Shown here piece by piece: positions 41,093-54,454 of a DNA stretch of 64,000 nucleotides (positions within the stretch are counted from its first letter, which is position 1; each line of letters starts with the position of its first letter). The position numbers and the translations under genes are program-made. Below the pieces are notes generated by a model. That model was not told where the DNA came from and searched no databases. It saw only the letters and a program-made list of their open reading frames with translations. The stretch is from Hyphochytrium catenoides (Eukaryota > Protista > Hyphochytriomycota): assembly GCA_900088475.1 (NCBI GenBank), contig FLMG01003337.1:82091-146090 (forward strand). The letters run 5' to 3'.

Positions 41093-44000
41093 TTATCTTT
41101 CTATTCCGTCGTTCATCACAAAGGCGGTCTCGTCTGCCAGTGTTCCTTGGCGGTAGCGGATTCGTATATCGGGTACATTGGTCATCTTTATATCTGTGGC
41201 AGCGGTGCAGATTGAGATTGAAGAACAGGTCAGTGGATAATAAACGAGGACCTGGCTTAAAACAGTAAATAGACGGGAAGGACAAGAAGGAGAAAGCAAC
41301 TATCTTTGCACTGCCAGCACTTGTTCCTCCTCTACTTTCTCCACTTACCATTGCCTTGAGCTCCCTCGAGATACCTGTCCCCAAGGAAATGCGCCTTGAA
41401 AGGGTGCTCAAAACCACTCTGCAGGACGCTGTTCCTGGCTATCTCACACATGTCTGCAGACGAAAGTTTCCACACTTGCGCAGCTACGGAATACTCCTCC
41501 ACCAAAGGATCCTAGGATGCGCAAGACGTAGCACGGCTTGTGAGAAAGGCAAAATAAGAGAATGTGGGCCCCATACCCGAAGGAAAAGCCACGAAGGATC
41601 GCGCAAGAGCAAACAGTGTTCAAGAGAGTGTAAAATAGTCTGCCAGAGGGGCGTGTACCCATTCCATCGACTTGAAGTAGCAAACAAGGCCATAGAAAAT
41701 ACACATACAAGGAGAGCCCACGAGAAGTGGGAAGAAAGGAAAGACTCTTCACCTTTGTATAGTGTAGCATAAGCGGATCATCTGTGCTGATGGACACATT
41801 GAGGCCGCGGGCAAAGTATACTGGAAATGGGTTTCTATGGTAGTCCAGGAAGAGACGGTTGTTACTGAGTGGCGACATCGCTATGCCAATCTGCTTCAGG
41901 TAGTAGAGATACTGCAGACCAGGGGACTTGCGAAGCATGATGCCATGGTTGATCTGTAGTTGACGCCATGTGTCTCGTTAGAACAGTAACAAGAAACGAG
42001 ATAGGAGAACAGGCTCTTCGTGGGAAGTAGAACTTGAATAGTTAAAAAGTTCACATATGCAAAGCGAGAAAGCAAGAGATTGAAAGGAAGCCGACAAATG
42101 AGCGTCAAAATTGTCCAAAATTTGTCTGCGCGAGATGTTAAAAGTTTGGAGCAGCATGCATCCGTCATCGCTGATTGCCAGCAGAAGATCATGCAGCGAA
42201 AGTTCGGGACACGGAGAGCACAGAAAGCTGGGTACCTGATCTGCAAAAAGGAAGGCGGCAGCTAGATGATCGGGATCACCCGCCTCCCCACAATGTGGCC
42301 GAAACTCAAAAGTGGAAAGGCCCTTTCCTGCCCGGAAGGTGTTCAGAGACTTCATGTTCGCACTTAGATAGTAGGTCCAGTAGTCATATGGGGGATTAGC
42401 ATCGAAGTTCCAGTCTTTTGGCTTTGGCAGGTGGCGGTGAGGTGTGGCTCGGATCTGGGAAAACAGAAATCAAGAGGAAAGTTAGAAAGCTATATGAAGA
42501 GAAGCAAAAGCAACCACTCCGAGAGGAATCTGCCAGCAATGACGAAGGCTAGGTAACAGGTATGCCAGCACACAAGCTGCAAAAGACCGGACTATCAGAC
42601 AAAGCGTAGTCCTGCCTTTTGGGCACGTCATGGCGTAGGAAGGAAAGGCCTAAATCTTGGTAGCTTACCGGCTCTGGCTTGCTTTCATCATCCACGCAAT
42701 CGAAGCCCACCACCGTGGCTAGGAAGATATGTAGTGCAGGGTTGGAAGAAGGGTCTAGAGAGACTTCAAAAAGAGGCTGGAAGATGTTGTCGATCATATC
42801 TTCAAAGTTGTCGATGTCTCCAGAACTGTAACAGTGCGGATCAATAAATGAAAGATAAGGGCAGAAAGGTGAGAAGGTGAGCAGGCGTGGCGGCCAATGG
42901 AAATGGAAAGCTGGTGAGCAGTCATGGAGGGCAAGGGAAATGAATCGCAAAATCCATAACATCGCGGATAAAGTGCAGGGACAATGCATACCCTAGGGTT
43001 CATAAGCGAAGTGGAGAATATTGGAAAGAGGAGATGAACTTGGAGAGTACGACCAGACCCCTTCCGCTCGTCGGTAAAGCCTCAAGTTTCTTACCGCTTA
43101 TAAACGTGATATAGCCTGGGTATCTGTATGATCCAGCGCACGTGGTAGGCCGCTAGCTTATTGGTGTAAAACCAGCGGGCAAGCTTATCCCATTCGGAAC
43201 CCTTTCTCCCATAAATAGAGAGACGCCACTCCACGAGCTGGTACTTTGTTTGCTCCAAGTCACTCATAACCTCTTTCGTTAGCTCTGCTAGATACCTACG
43301 AAATAGAGTCGTAGTCAGAGAGCATCTGTGAGCGAGAGGCAAGCAAAGGCATGGTAGGAGTAGGCAGATTACTATTAGCAGAGCCACAGAGTGTGCCTAG
43401 CTCCAGNNNNNNNNNNNNNNNNNNNNNNNNNNNNNNNNNNNNNNNNNNNNNNNNNNNNNNNNNNNNCATAGCTTGGCCTGCCGCTGTACAAAGGCTAGTG
43501 CTCTGGAGACGGCGGCCGCACACATAGATAACGTACGCCTAAAGAAGCAAAAGTTCTCTTACCGCCCAGCTATGAGGTTATCGGTTTTCAAAAATATCTC
43601 TCTCAATCTGCTCTGTCCGCAGGGGTTGTACTTCAAGTTGAAGCGATCAAAGCGGTGGAAGGTATTGGTGGCATGCATATCCAAAGTATCAACGCTACGT
43701 CGGGAAAAGGGGGTGAATGGGTCAGAAGCACTATTGAGCAGAAGGGACACGGTTCCACGGATATTGCAGGGCAGCAGTGCGGCATTATTGTTCGTCATAA
43801 AACATCAGACCCCTGACAAATCTCCCTCTACTCATGTTCGCAACATGGCGGTCCGGACGGCCGTCAATAACAGTACCTCAGGTCATAGGCAGTGAGATGT
43901 AGAGAGTGGAAGACCTCTTTGAGCGTCATGAACCTCCCATCTCTATAAATCACCATTTCCTCAGGGCTTCGTCTGAGCTTGCTTTTGATAAATCGCAAAA

Positions 44001-46088
44001 GGTGTTTCTGGTTCATACAGGCGGAGTGGTGGACATGAGTGTCGACCTGTAAGAGAGCATAGGAGGTTAGGCATGAGGCGTAGAGAAATTAAAAGATAGA
44101 TCAGCGAGAGTACAACTGCAAATGTCGGTTCTGGTGAGCACGTCTAGTGACCATAAATCGTCCCAGGTTGCTGATGAGGCAACCAAAAAGCTGTTATGCT
44201 TGTTCGAATCTCAAAGAGACTAAGAGAACCCAAATGAGAGAGGCGAACCTTTCTGATATTATAGAAGTCACGATGGGGGACAGACTTCTGAGCTGAGAGC
44301 TCTCGATCCGCGTTGAGGAGAATATGGAAGTTAAACTTTGCTTCAAGAAGCTGCAAACGCTTGAAACATACGGTCTGTTTGAACCCACCAAGTGGGAGTC
44401 AAGGATGGCATGGTTAGCATGGGTCACTTCAAGGCAAACAGTCAAGCCTCGAGATGCTTGAAGGGTCACTGTATCTGCAAACTCGAGAGGTCAATGGGGA
44501 ATAGTTACATCACCTTTACTGGGCCATAGTTGACAATATTTCTCAGTTTAAAGTAGTCCTCATAGAACTCCTCTACAGAGGGAATGTGCACCAAGGGCAC
44601 CTCTCGCCTTTCCTCATACACTTGGACAACACCATCCACTTTCTCTATTCGGTGTTTCGTGGCGGAAGGAACCTGCAGGGGAACATTGCACTTCATAACC
44701 ATTCATTGAGGAGCGAGATAGACCTGCACAAAAGAGCACCCTCTCAACCTCAAAGGAAGGATCTCTTAAAGAGATTTCCTTATCGAAGACGCGATAGATA
44801 GAGGGTCAACGATGATACCGCCTAACAAGCGGAGTGAAACGGAAAACGAACCTTAAAATTTGCATCTATGGTTTTTTGGAGCTTACCGGGATGTCAAAGA
44901 TCTCATACTTGAGATCGTGCCTCCAGGTTACTTTCTTGGCTGCTGTGGTGGGAGAGTCTAGTAAGGCATCTCCCTTTGCTTCAAAGGACGGAGATGGAAG
45001 GCCTTTATCTCCTCCTCTTCTGTTCAGCAGAAAAGATGAAGGCTCTTTCTTGAACATCGTGCCGCGAAAAGACTCTGGGCTGGTATGATAGCGCTCTTGA
45101 GGGAGCCCTCCGTAGTACTTGCCAGGCTACATTGAGATATAGGAGGGCGAGAAAGTAGTCGCGTCTGGTCAGCCTCCAATATTATGTGGCAGTCAGGCAT
45201 TAATTAGAGTCTGACGGCTGAGAAGAGGCATCCGAGGCATACCTTTTGATACAAACCCATCCACTTCTCTCTCATTTTCAGAGCTTGCTTGAGGAGGCCG
45301 CAAACCTCCTTAATCTCCGGCTCAACTTCCTCCCCAGTGGTCGTGATCTTTATCATCTGGTAGCTTGAGGTCTCTGGCATGGGGTACGGCTCTGGGATTT
45401 CCACAAAGAGCTCTGCGGGATGTAAAGCACCAACAGGAGACATAGAGTTGGCAAGGAAATGAGAGAGATAGTCTGAAGCACAAGCTCACAAGCACTTCGG
45501 CGGTGACAGATGAAAGAAGAGCAGTACTAGAGATGAAGAACGGATTGGGGTACGATCGTCGCAGAAGGTGCCCACGAAGAGAGAAAAGTGTTTAGAGAAC
45601 CTCATAAAAAAGAAGGTAGAGAACCTCATCAAAGCCAAGAAGAAGGACCCAGGAAAAAGAGAGAAAGAGATGGCGGCACAATTTTTACCCTCCACTTCCT
45701 CTTCATCCATAGAAGTGTGGCGGCTAGGTCCAGCCCGTGCTCGGGCTGTCCTGGCAATGGCTTCAAGAGTCTTAGCCTTCTTGATCTCTTCCAACGACGG
45801 ATTATCATACTGCTGAGCCACCTGATCGTCATACTTTGGAGAACGAGTGCCGTTAGGAACCACTATACTGTACTTTAGGAGAGTTCATCATAACGATGAA
45901 AAGCAAAGCAGGAGAAGACCCCTGGAAAACGATACACCCGAGACTGGACGTCCAAAGGGATGGGCAGCCCTTACCTCTTCCTCGTTTTCATCGAGCTCCA
46001 CACTCAAACTCCGCTGTCTAGCTACTGGGCTAGTAATAGGCGGGACAGTATCATCCTCTTCTTCATATTGAGGCGGTAGCGTCGGCAT
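41093..46088 (-). CDS. AMPD: AMP deaminase (~15 exons)
   Basis: Exons give [99 protein letters not shown] and [11 protein letters not shown]; stop TAA at 41093-41095. Confidence 0.97.
43407..43466. other. Assembly gap (60 N) inside an AMPD intron
   Basis: Run of N; the flanking AMPD exons remain contiguous in protein sequence. Confidence 0.99.
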
Positions 46089-47070
46089 CTCTAAAACGCG
46101 TCCCCTGGGTTCGGTCGAAGAACCAGACTTTCTGAACGCGCGGGAGGTTTAGTAGTACGCTTCTCTCCCCAGAGGATGCGATCCACGGCCAACCAATGAT
46201 CAGGCTGTGAAGGCGCTACACCTGAACTTCGATAGGAGCCTTTAGAGAAGAGGGGGGCGTGATTGCTGCCAGTACTGAGAGAGGAGAGAGGAGATAAGGG
46301 AGAAGTTTATAAATGAACAAAGATCAAGGAGGAGCCCGTTAGTGCAACAGTCGGACGCCAGTTCGTGGTTGGAGGACGAAGGGAGCAGTGCACAAGAAGA
46401 TGGAGGAGCAGCAGGGGAGAGAATGACAACCACGAAGAAGGTTGCTTGTGAAGCTGGTTGATGTCTTCCCTCACCTCCTCCTTCCCGTCCTCCACTCATC
46501 ATCAGAACCCGCGTGCTTCTGACTTCTGACCTTGCCAACTGCTGTCTCTTTGGCCTTCCTCCAAGGCTGGTCCGACCTCCAACGCAGCTTTTGGTCCCAA
46601 CCAAGGCGAAAAGGTTCAAGTGGCCGACGAACGGGTGCACATACAGACAGAGTATTATATACGGATGATAGAGTACGGATGGTCCACGAACATGATATGA
46701 GAAAGCTGTAATATAAAGCATCATAGACAGAGCACTCAACATCATCAACAACAAGGGGCGCTTCTTCTTCATGGTAGGGAAAGATGATGACTACGATGGC
46801 TATGAAGGAGGATTATGAAGAAGAAAGTATTAGGACTAACGCCAGAGGAGATCCAAATTGCTGCTGCACTCTTCGCGCACCAGCAAGGAGGAGAAGCAGA
46901 ACGAAGCGATGAAGCCATCCAGCGATAGATAAGTTCTAAGAATATACGGGTACAAACGAAGAAGGAAGAGGAAGAGGTCAACAACAAAGGTTAAAGGCGG
47001 AAGCAAGAACAATAGATATTGTTGTGAGGAAGAAAGGGCGAAGCATTGATTTGGTAGAGCGTGGGGTGGT

Positions 47071-47432
47071 ACGTCTAAGATTCAGTGGAATGAGAAGATG
47101 GAAAGGTAGGTGATGATGGCAAGCTTTGCCTGAAGATTATTGATTGCATCATTAGAAGAACAATCATAAATGTCCAAGCGAGCGGAGGAAAGGAGACAGA
47201 GCGACAAGCAAGAAGACAGAGTACTATTACTAGATGTGGTTGTGACACGTCTAACATTCAGTGGAATCAGAAGATGGAAAGCTAGGTGATGATGGCAAGC
47301 TTTGCCTGAAGAAAGATTGATTGCATCATCATAAGAAGAAGAATCAATGAATGTCCAAGCGAGCGGAGGAAAGGAGATAGAGCGACAAGCAAGAAGACAG
47401 AATTACTATTACTACTAGATGTGGTTGTGACA
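47071..47432 (+). repeat. Direct tandem duplication, two imperfect units (~176 and ~186 bp)
   Basis: Both units begin acgtctaa(g/c)attcagtggaat and end tagatgtggttgtgac; they differ by small indels and substitutions. Confidence 0.95.
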
Positions 47433-49061
47433 AAGCAACAGTCAAAGGAACAGGTAGCAAGAAGAAGAAGAAAGTATTATTCTAAGGATAAGAAGATTGT
47501 GGCATCAAATCAAACCAACAAAGACAGAGCAAGGTAGGAAGAGTTGGGACTGACAGCAGCAGGTAGTAAAATGAAAGCTGAAAGTGTGGCAAAGACTTAA
47601 GAGTCCTCAACAAATCCATCGTTTGAGCTCCGGCAAAGCTAAGAATGAGGTGACCGAGGTGGCGAACTTCTCGCCCTGTCATCATCACTAGTAAAACAAA
47701 CGTCGTAAAGATATTTAAGGTGACTGAATGCCCGATATTTCTTCGCTCGTTTCTTTATAAACGCTCTTGAAGTTACTAATACTACGCTCTGCCGCAGAAG
47801 AAAAAGCCACTAATAAAGCTCGGCAGGCTAGTGGACATGAGAAAGCGAGTCGTATAATCCTTTACTCCTCTCCTCTTAAGTCACTCCTGTAGTCCAAAGC
47901 AGCTGCACCCGGCCACAACCTACCGCATATCTCGTCGCGGAATGACTGATATGTGCATACTTGACACCTCGCCACCTCTGCAGGACCCAGCAGAGAGATT
48001 AATAAATTGACCTTTGCTTCTTATTCTGGACTCCTAATGCAGGACGTACACTCCCTTCTCTTGCGTGCAGAATGGAAAGACTAATGGGCGATGGACGAGG
48101 TATTTCTAATAACCATGTGCATGTGAGCAACAACAAAGCAGACTGGCCCCTGACAGCAGACTTATTATAGCATATCAAGCTGTTGACTATTTCCCTTGGA
48201 AAAAAGGGAATCGAAGGTTAAGGACTCAAGCTAGTCACGGTCGTCATCATGCTGCTATTGTTTGTTAGCGCTAGGTCAACGAAGAACTCTTGTTCTTCTT
48301 TTTTGTTTCTGAGTAGATGCTTGAGTCGATGGCTGTATGGATGGCAGCTCCGTCCGAGTCCGCCTGTTTATAAAAATTCTTAAGGCTGAAGTCACTAACT
48401 CAAACAATTTAGATTCTGAACGGACAGGCATCCTCCTTGAGTAGAAGCAATGCTATCTCGGATGTCTCTGAAGTACCGACAAGGGAGAAGTGGTAGACAC
48501 CTCATGCAGCCTTGTGACCTCCTCTTCCGTCGCTCCCAAAGTGGGGAAGGGGAGGGTAATTATTATTATGTTGGCCTGTGTCCCTTCTTACCTGCCATTG
48601 TTTCTCTGCATCTGTAATCGACAGTATACAAAGTATCATCGCCCGCCTACCTTCTTGACGAACCTCCTCCTTCTTCTCCTCTTTTCGTGCTTTCATGGCC
48701 CATGCGCACAGACACTCGTCTTCTACTCCGCTATATGATAGTGCTAGTACCCTTCTCTTTCTTTCTGCTCCCGCTGTTGTCTGGCAAACTTCTCACTCCT
48801 TCTCTCTCTCTCCTCGTCTCTTCCCCTTCTTCCGCCTCCTGAAGATCTGCCTGTCTCTTGTCTACCTGTAAAAACCTAGCGACAATGTAACGTCTGCCTG
48901 ATGGGAAGAAATCAGCTCCAGGATGGGTGGTACCAGAGTAGTAGAAGCTGAATCCCTTTGGCTTCTCAGCGATTACTAAGGTGGGTGGGAGGGACACCAA
49001 TAAGAGAGAAGCAGAGTTTGTAGTTTGTAACGGCTCCAGGAAAGGCTGGCTCTCTTTCTAT

Positions 49062-49108
49062 CCTCTCTCTCTCTCTCTCTCTNNNNNNNNTCTACCTCTC
49101 TCTCTCTT

Positions 49109-49147
<39 letters not shown>
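49062..49147 (+). repeat. (TC)n microsatellite containing an 8-N gap (49083-49090)
   Basis: Seen directly in the sequence. Confidence 0.9.
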
Positions 49148-50516
49148 TTTTTGTTCCTTCCTCTCTCTCTCCCTCTCGCCGGCCAGTCCATCATCTCTTC
49201 TCCTCTCTTCCCTTTTTTTCAGTACCCCATTCCTCACTTTTCTCTGCATCCTTCTTGGTCTCTGTGAGAGCAAGCTGTACGGCTGGCTTATCATCAATGG
49301 CGAATGTATGCAGGTAGAGGAAGCCGAATGAGAGGAGAGAGGCTTTGAAGGCTACCTCTTATTATCCTATAAGCCGCTTACTACTGGGAAGACTAAGTCT
49401 GCACCGCATCTTTGGGTCCTCTTCCTCCTCACTAGCACAGAGTTTCCCTCTTTTTGAATGTAACGCTCTCAATCTCTCTTTAGCCATTCGCCTGCTATTT
49501 TATGCAGTAAACCTGAGCTGAGAGAGAGAGTAAGACCTTATATTAGACCAGAAGAGAAGAGAAAGAACAGGAAAGTTTCACCGACACGAACATTGATGAC
49601 CTCTCTCCCCTTTGGTCTCTTCTCTTCCTCCGTTTAGATCCTGCTCACCATTCAGCGAATTGTGGTGCCTCCTCCATCCTCTTTCCGTGGTGACGCAGAG
49701 CCTTCTCCTTCCATGATGGTCATATAGCTCCCCCTCTCTTCTTCCTTTACTTTGCTGTCGTGGCACTTCTTCTCAGTTAACTCCTTTGGGGTGACCATCT
49801 CCCACGCTTTGCTGATGAACGTGGTAGTGCTGCTCTCTTAGCTGTCCTAGATTACTTCCTTGGGCCTTTCTCTAGGGATGATAATTCTTCCTCGTCACTC
49901 TTCTGTCTCGCACTATTGTTATGCGTCTGGTGCTTTTTATTATCTTAGAGTCCCATCATCCTCGAGAGATTATTAACAGTTACAAAGTGCTTCCGGCTCG
50001 CGCTCACGATTGAAGGGCATCTTTTGACTATCAGCATCTCCACCTACTACTCCATCTGCCATCCGCCCCACGCTCTTCTTGCTCACTATCTTGCTTGATA
50101 ATCTTTGTCTCCTCCTTCTATCACCTTCCCTCTCGCCCCTCCACCTTGAGCTTACGAAGCAGGGATGAGATCTTTCCCCATTTCACTAGTCTTACACAGC
50201 TGATCCGACTAGAAGAGCCAGGCCATTGTAGACTATTCAATTCCACGCTTTCCTTACAGGCGCGCGCCATTCTTTGATTGATGCAGGAAGGGAGTTCGCC
50301 CACTTCATACATTCACTCTGTTGACCAACGCCCACGCAGGCGCTGCTGACGTCTCAATCCACTTGTCTGTGTACTTAAAATGTGGCATAACTTGGTCGAG
50401 GATGACTGAGAGCGTTGCTCGCAACTGGTGGGCTGCTGAAGTATAGCTGGCCCGTGCTACCTTGGACTACTATATAACACTGGTTGGTTACTACTGCTCT
50501 AGGAAGCGTCTTCAGG

Positions 50517-53371
50517 ATGGTTGGACTACTTATCTGGTGCTCTCCACGAATGGTGCTTGGATGTCTGCTCGTCTCCTGCCTGTACCTTCAGACTCATTCC
50601 GTCCTGGTGGAAAGCAAAAAGCCCACGTCGGAGCATATCGCAAGTGAAGGGCGGGCCCCTTCAGCATTGCCCTTCTATACGACGCCAGGACCTGTTCTCC
50701 ATTATGATGAGCCAGCTGGCGTCGGAGAAGAAGGCAACAGCACTAATGGAACAGATACGAGCAGCTTAATTCAGAGTCCCGACACTTCTGAGGTCCTTTG
50801 GCAATATTACCCCACCCTGATTCTAGTCATCCTTTCGTTCACTGTCTCATACACTTGCATCATTCTCATCTACCGCAGACGCCATCTCTATCCCCTGTAC
50901 GCGCTCAATATCCCTCTGATTATTGGCAATGAACTCGTTGTGCCGTTCACTGTGTGGTCTTGGTCGCTAGGTATTCTGACACCTAATGCACCGTGCTGGT
51001 TCTCTCTTCTCTTCTGGGGCACCGGACTCTTCCCTACCATGTTCGTTCTCATTTTGTCCGTGGTAAAGCTATGGCTTGACTCGCGGTATCAGTTTGACCT
51101 TCTTAAGTACTGCAATGGGAGCTTCAGCTCTAGCAGCGGCGGAGGTGGTGCATGTGGCCCTAATTCTCCATTGGCACCTAAGTCGGGTACCAATCAACCC
51201 AATTCCAGTAGTGGGCCGGTTTCCATTTCTACTCCTAAACCAAGGCTCAGTCTGGGTCCCAGAGTCTACCTCGATCCTAGCTCTATGGCTGGGGATGGCG
51301 AGGTTCCCGCTAGCGGCAGCCGAGTCAGCTTCACCGGCGCTGATTCTTCTTCAGCTGCGGCCACGAATGCACATGCCCCCGCCAAACCACGAGGTAGCAT
51401 GTCTTCTACTGCTAACCAAGTCCATGCCCCTCGCCCTACAAGACACAACAGTAACTTGAGCATGGGCCCTGATCTCAGCGGAAATCCAACCATAGCTCTC
51501 CTAACTTATCCTGGGACTGAAGGTGCTGCACCTAGTGGTGGCCCTAGTGCTCAGCCCGGTCCCCCGAACCTTCTTGGTGCTGCCGGTCGTAGAAGGATGA
51601 GTAGTGCGGTGTCTGTCACTAGTCTTTTAACTGCTGCTGCTAGTGAGGAGAAGATAGCGAAGACTTGGGTGCTGAAACATTATCACTGGCTTACCAGTCC
51701 CAAGTTTCTGGTCCCTGTGGCCTTTGTCTGCTGGATCGAGGCCTGGATTCCTACTCTGTTAAGAGGCATCCGTGTCTGGAGCTTTTGGAACGACTCGGCG
51801 ACCGGATCAGGGTGTGCTGACTATCAAGAACTAGAGGTGGGCCTCTCCATATATATATCTGTCCTCCCCTCCATTAAAGCCACATAGTGGGTTTACACTG
51901 TCAGATTATACATTATGTACCTGTCAAGCCACAGTCACTCCTTTTGACCCTTTATTCTTCTTCGTCTTACCGTCGCAGTCTAAAAGCTCTTGCTGAATGA
52001 ACTCTTTGCGCTTTACAGAACAATTGGGACTTGGCCAACTACTATATATGGGATGCCAGCTGCGTCTTCCTAGCCATCTTTCTCCTCCGCCATACTCGCG
52101 AGGGATTCAATATGAGAAGACGCTTTATTCTGGCAGGCCTGGCGCAGTTTGTCGCAGGCGTATTCTACTACCTGTGGGTCTCTCTAGCTGTGCTATTCGA
52201 GGAGAAAGGGGAAAGCGCCCGACAAGTTTACGTCATGGTGTCCGGTGTGGCGGCGTTTATTACCTCCCTCTCTCTCTTTATCTACACGCTAGCCGTGCCG
52301 TTCTCAGCCCTTATGGCTTCTTATGCAGCTGAGAGGCTTCAAAAGGTGAAGGAAGAGGGACTGGCGGCTTCGGACTTGGCCTCATCTGCAGCCGACAGCA
52401 CAGCAGGCTCCGATGGACAAGCCCTACCGGACGGTTCCCAAGAGAGCAGGGGGAGGGTTGTGCAGAAGAGGGATGACGTCAAGCGGCTCTTACTAGGAAA
52501 TGACGTGGACCACCTCTTTCTGAACAAGTTCCAAGGTTGGTGGACAGAGTCTATCCCTCTTTTCATATACTTGCGACTCCTCACTAGCTAAAAGAACCTC
52601 TGCGACTTTCTGTGGCCTCATTCAAGCTTTACCGGAGGTCAAATTTGAGTGACAAGTTCATTATCCGTCCGGTATGCCTGGGTTCTAATACTGAGCTAAT
52701 TTGTCGTCCAGAGTACACCGCGTCAGAGTTCTGTGTGGAGCCTATGGTCTTCATGATGAGTCTTCGAAAGTTCAAAGCTCTTCCAGAGGCGGACAGGAAA
52801 GCCCGCAGAAAGTTGTCCATCCATATATTCCGCTCGCATATCCAACCAAACTCCACACTGGAGCTCAATATCAGCCAGGATATGAAGCTACGCATCATAG
52901 AAGAGATGAAACAAAAGGGAGGCGGCGAGGATCCTGGCTTCTGGGTAATCGGCCACCTATCGCTCTTCTGTCTTCTGAGTGGGCTCCTCTGATTCTTAGT
53001 ACTACGTTTAGCATCCTTCATCTTCTCTTGACAGCCACCCCACTTAAGCCATTCTTTCGTCAATATTATCCATGATTGTTCGTGAGCAGTGCAAGGTTGA
53101 GTTCCTCCGTTACGTTTTTTTTTTCTTGCCAGCTGCTATGCCTTTTTGATTGCCTTAACCATCACAGAGTTACCTTTTTAATGTCTAGAAGATGATTGCA
53201 CGCATTTACTGACATTTCTCTCACTCTCGTGCTCCCTATCAGGACCCTACGGCAGACGAAGCCTGTTCACTGTTACTAGCTCCTCTGACTCGATACATGC
53301 AGGGCAGGAGGAGCTCAAACCTATATCGAAAGCTTTCTGCCGTCACACCAACTCCTAACACTAATGCATAG
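50517..53371 (+). CDS. 7TM-RGS protein, divergent paralog C (4 exons: 50517-51836, 52019-52535, 52712-52944, 53243-53371)
   Basis: Shares RRHLYPLYALN, APCW, WVLKHYHWLT and EGFNMR (equivalent to EVFGLK) with A/B, and the first intron position. RGS box EFCVEP...HIQPNSTLELNIS...FWDP. Also has a signal-peptide-like N-terminus. Confidence 0.88.
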
Positions 53372-54454
53372 TAGCGGACCTCGTCGAGGAAGCCAAGTGG
53401 CTGCTCACGTAGAAGTGTACTTACTGATCCCCTTCCTTCTTCAGGTTGCTCTTCGTGGTCTGCGCTGCGGCGTATCAAACGTAAATCTCAGGCTTGGGCC
53501 GAGTAGACCACGAACGCGACCTATCGGCGGCAAGCCCATAATGCGCTCCTGACGAGCACATATTTAGAGAACAGCGGCAACTGCCACCACATTTCCTAAT
53601 CTTTTCTGGTATCCTGTAGCTAGAGGGTGCACCAGGAATAAAATAGGCTACTCTCCACGTGATGGCGAGCTAAGTGGTTCATTGATGATTATATACCCTT
53701 GCACTTAGGGTCAATAGCAAATGAAGATATGCAAGTATAGAGCGAGAGAAAAGAACAAAACGAGTTGCCGCCCTGCGGAGAAAAGGAGAGCCATGACAAG
53801 GAGGATCTGGTCTAGAGGTAGTTGACGTAGAAGAGATTTAGTAAGTGGCCTGAGTAGCAGCACCTTCCAAGGCTGTAAGGTAGAGAGGTTTTTAGTGGTG
53901 GTACAGGAAGGGCCTTGCACTACCTCTTCTAGCTGCGATAATGAGTTCCTCCCCTCTATCGCTCGGGTGGCCGAGAGGGATGGAAGCAGCAGCTATTATT
54001 GCGCAGCAACTGAAGAGGACAGCGGAAGACAGAGTAATCTGGATACCCCTCAAGCTCAGCATGGGCTCTCAAACGTCTCTTTTTGTTGGGCACTCTATTC
54101 CTCCGTGTGAGGAAGAGTCATCTCGGTCAAAAGGGACGAGGGTAGAGTAGTAGTTACCAAGAGCCGTAGAAGAGGTTAAAACGTTGGCTGACCCTCCAGC
54201 CAACTTATAGTTGTCTTTGGGCTGGGGTCTGCCCGCCTCTTCTATTGCGCCTGCGCCCAAGAGGTTCCGTGAGGTAGCTTTTGATGGTTGATGGCCATAA
54301 AGAGGGATTTGCTGATCAGGACTCCGCATCCACGGCGGAGATACAATAGCTGAAGGTTTCTGGGTAGTGGAGACCACGGTCCTTGGCATGGCGAAGAAGG
54401 TAGAATGCGAAAGACGAAGGCAGAGAAGAACATGGAAGATAAGGTGTCCTCTTC

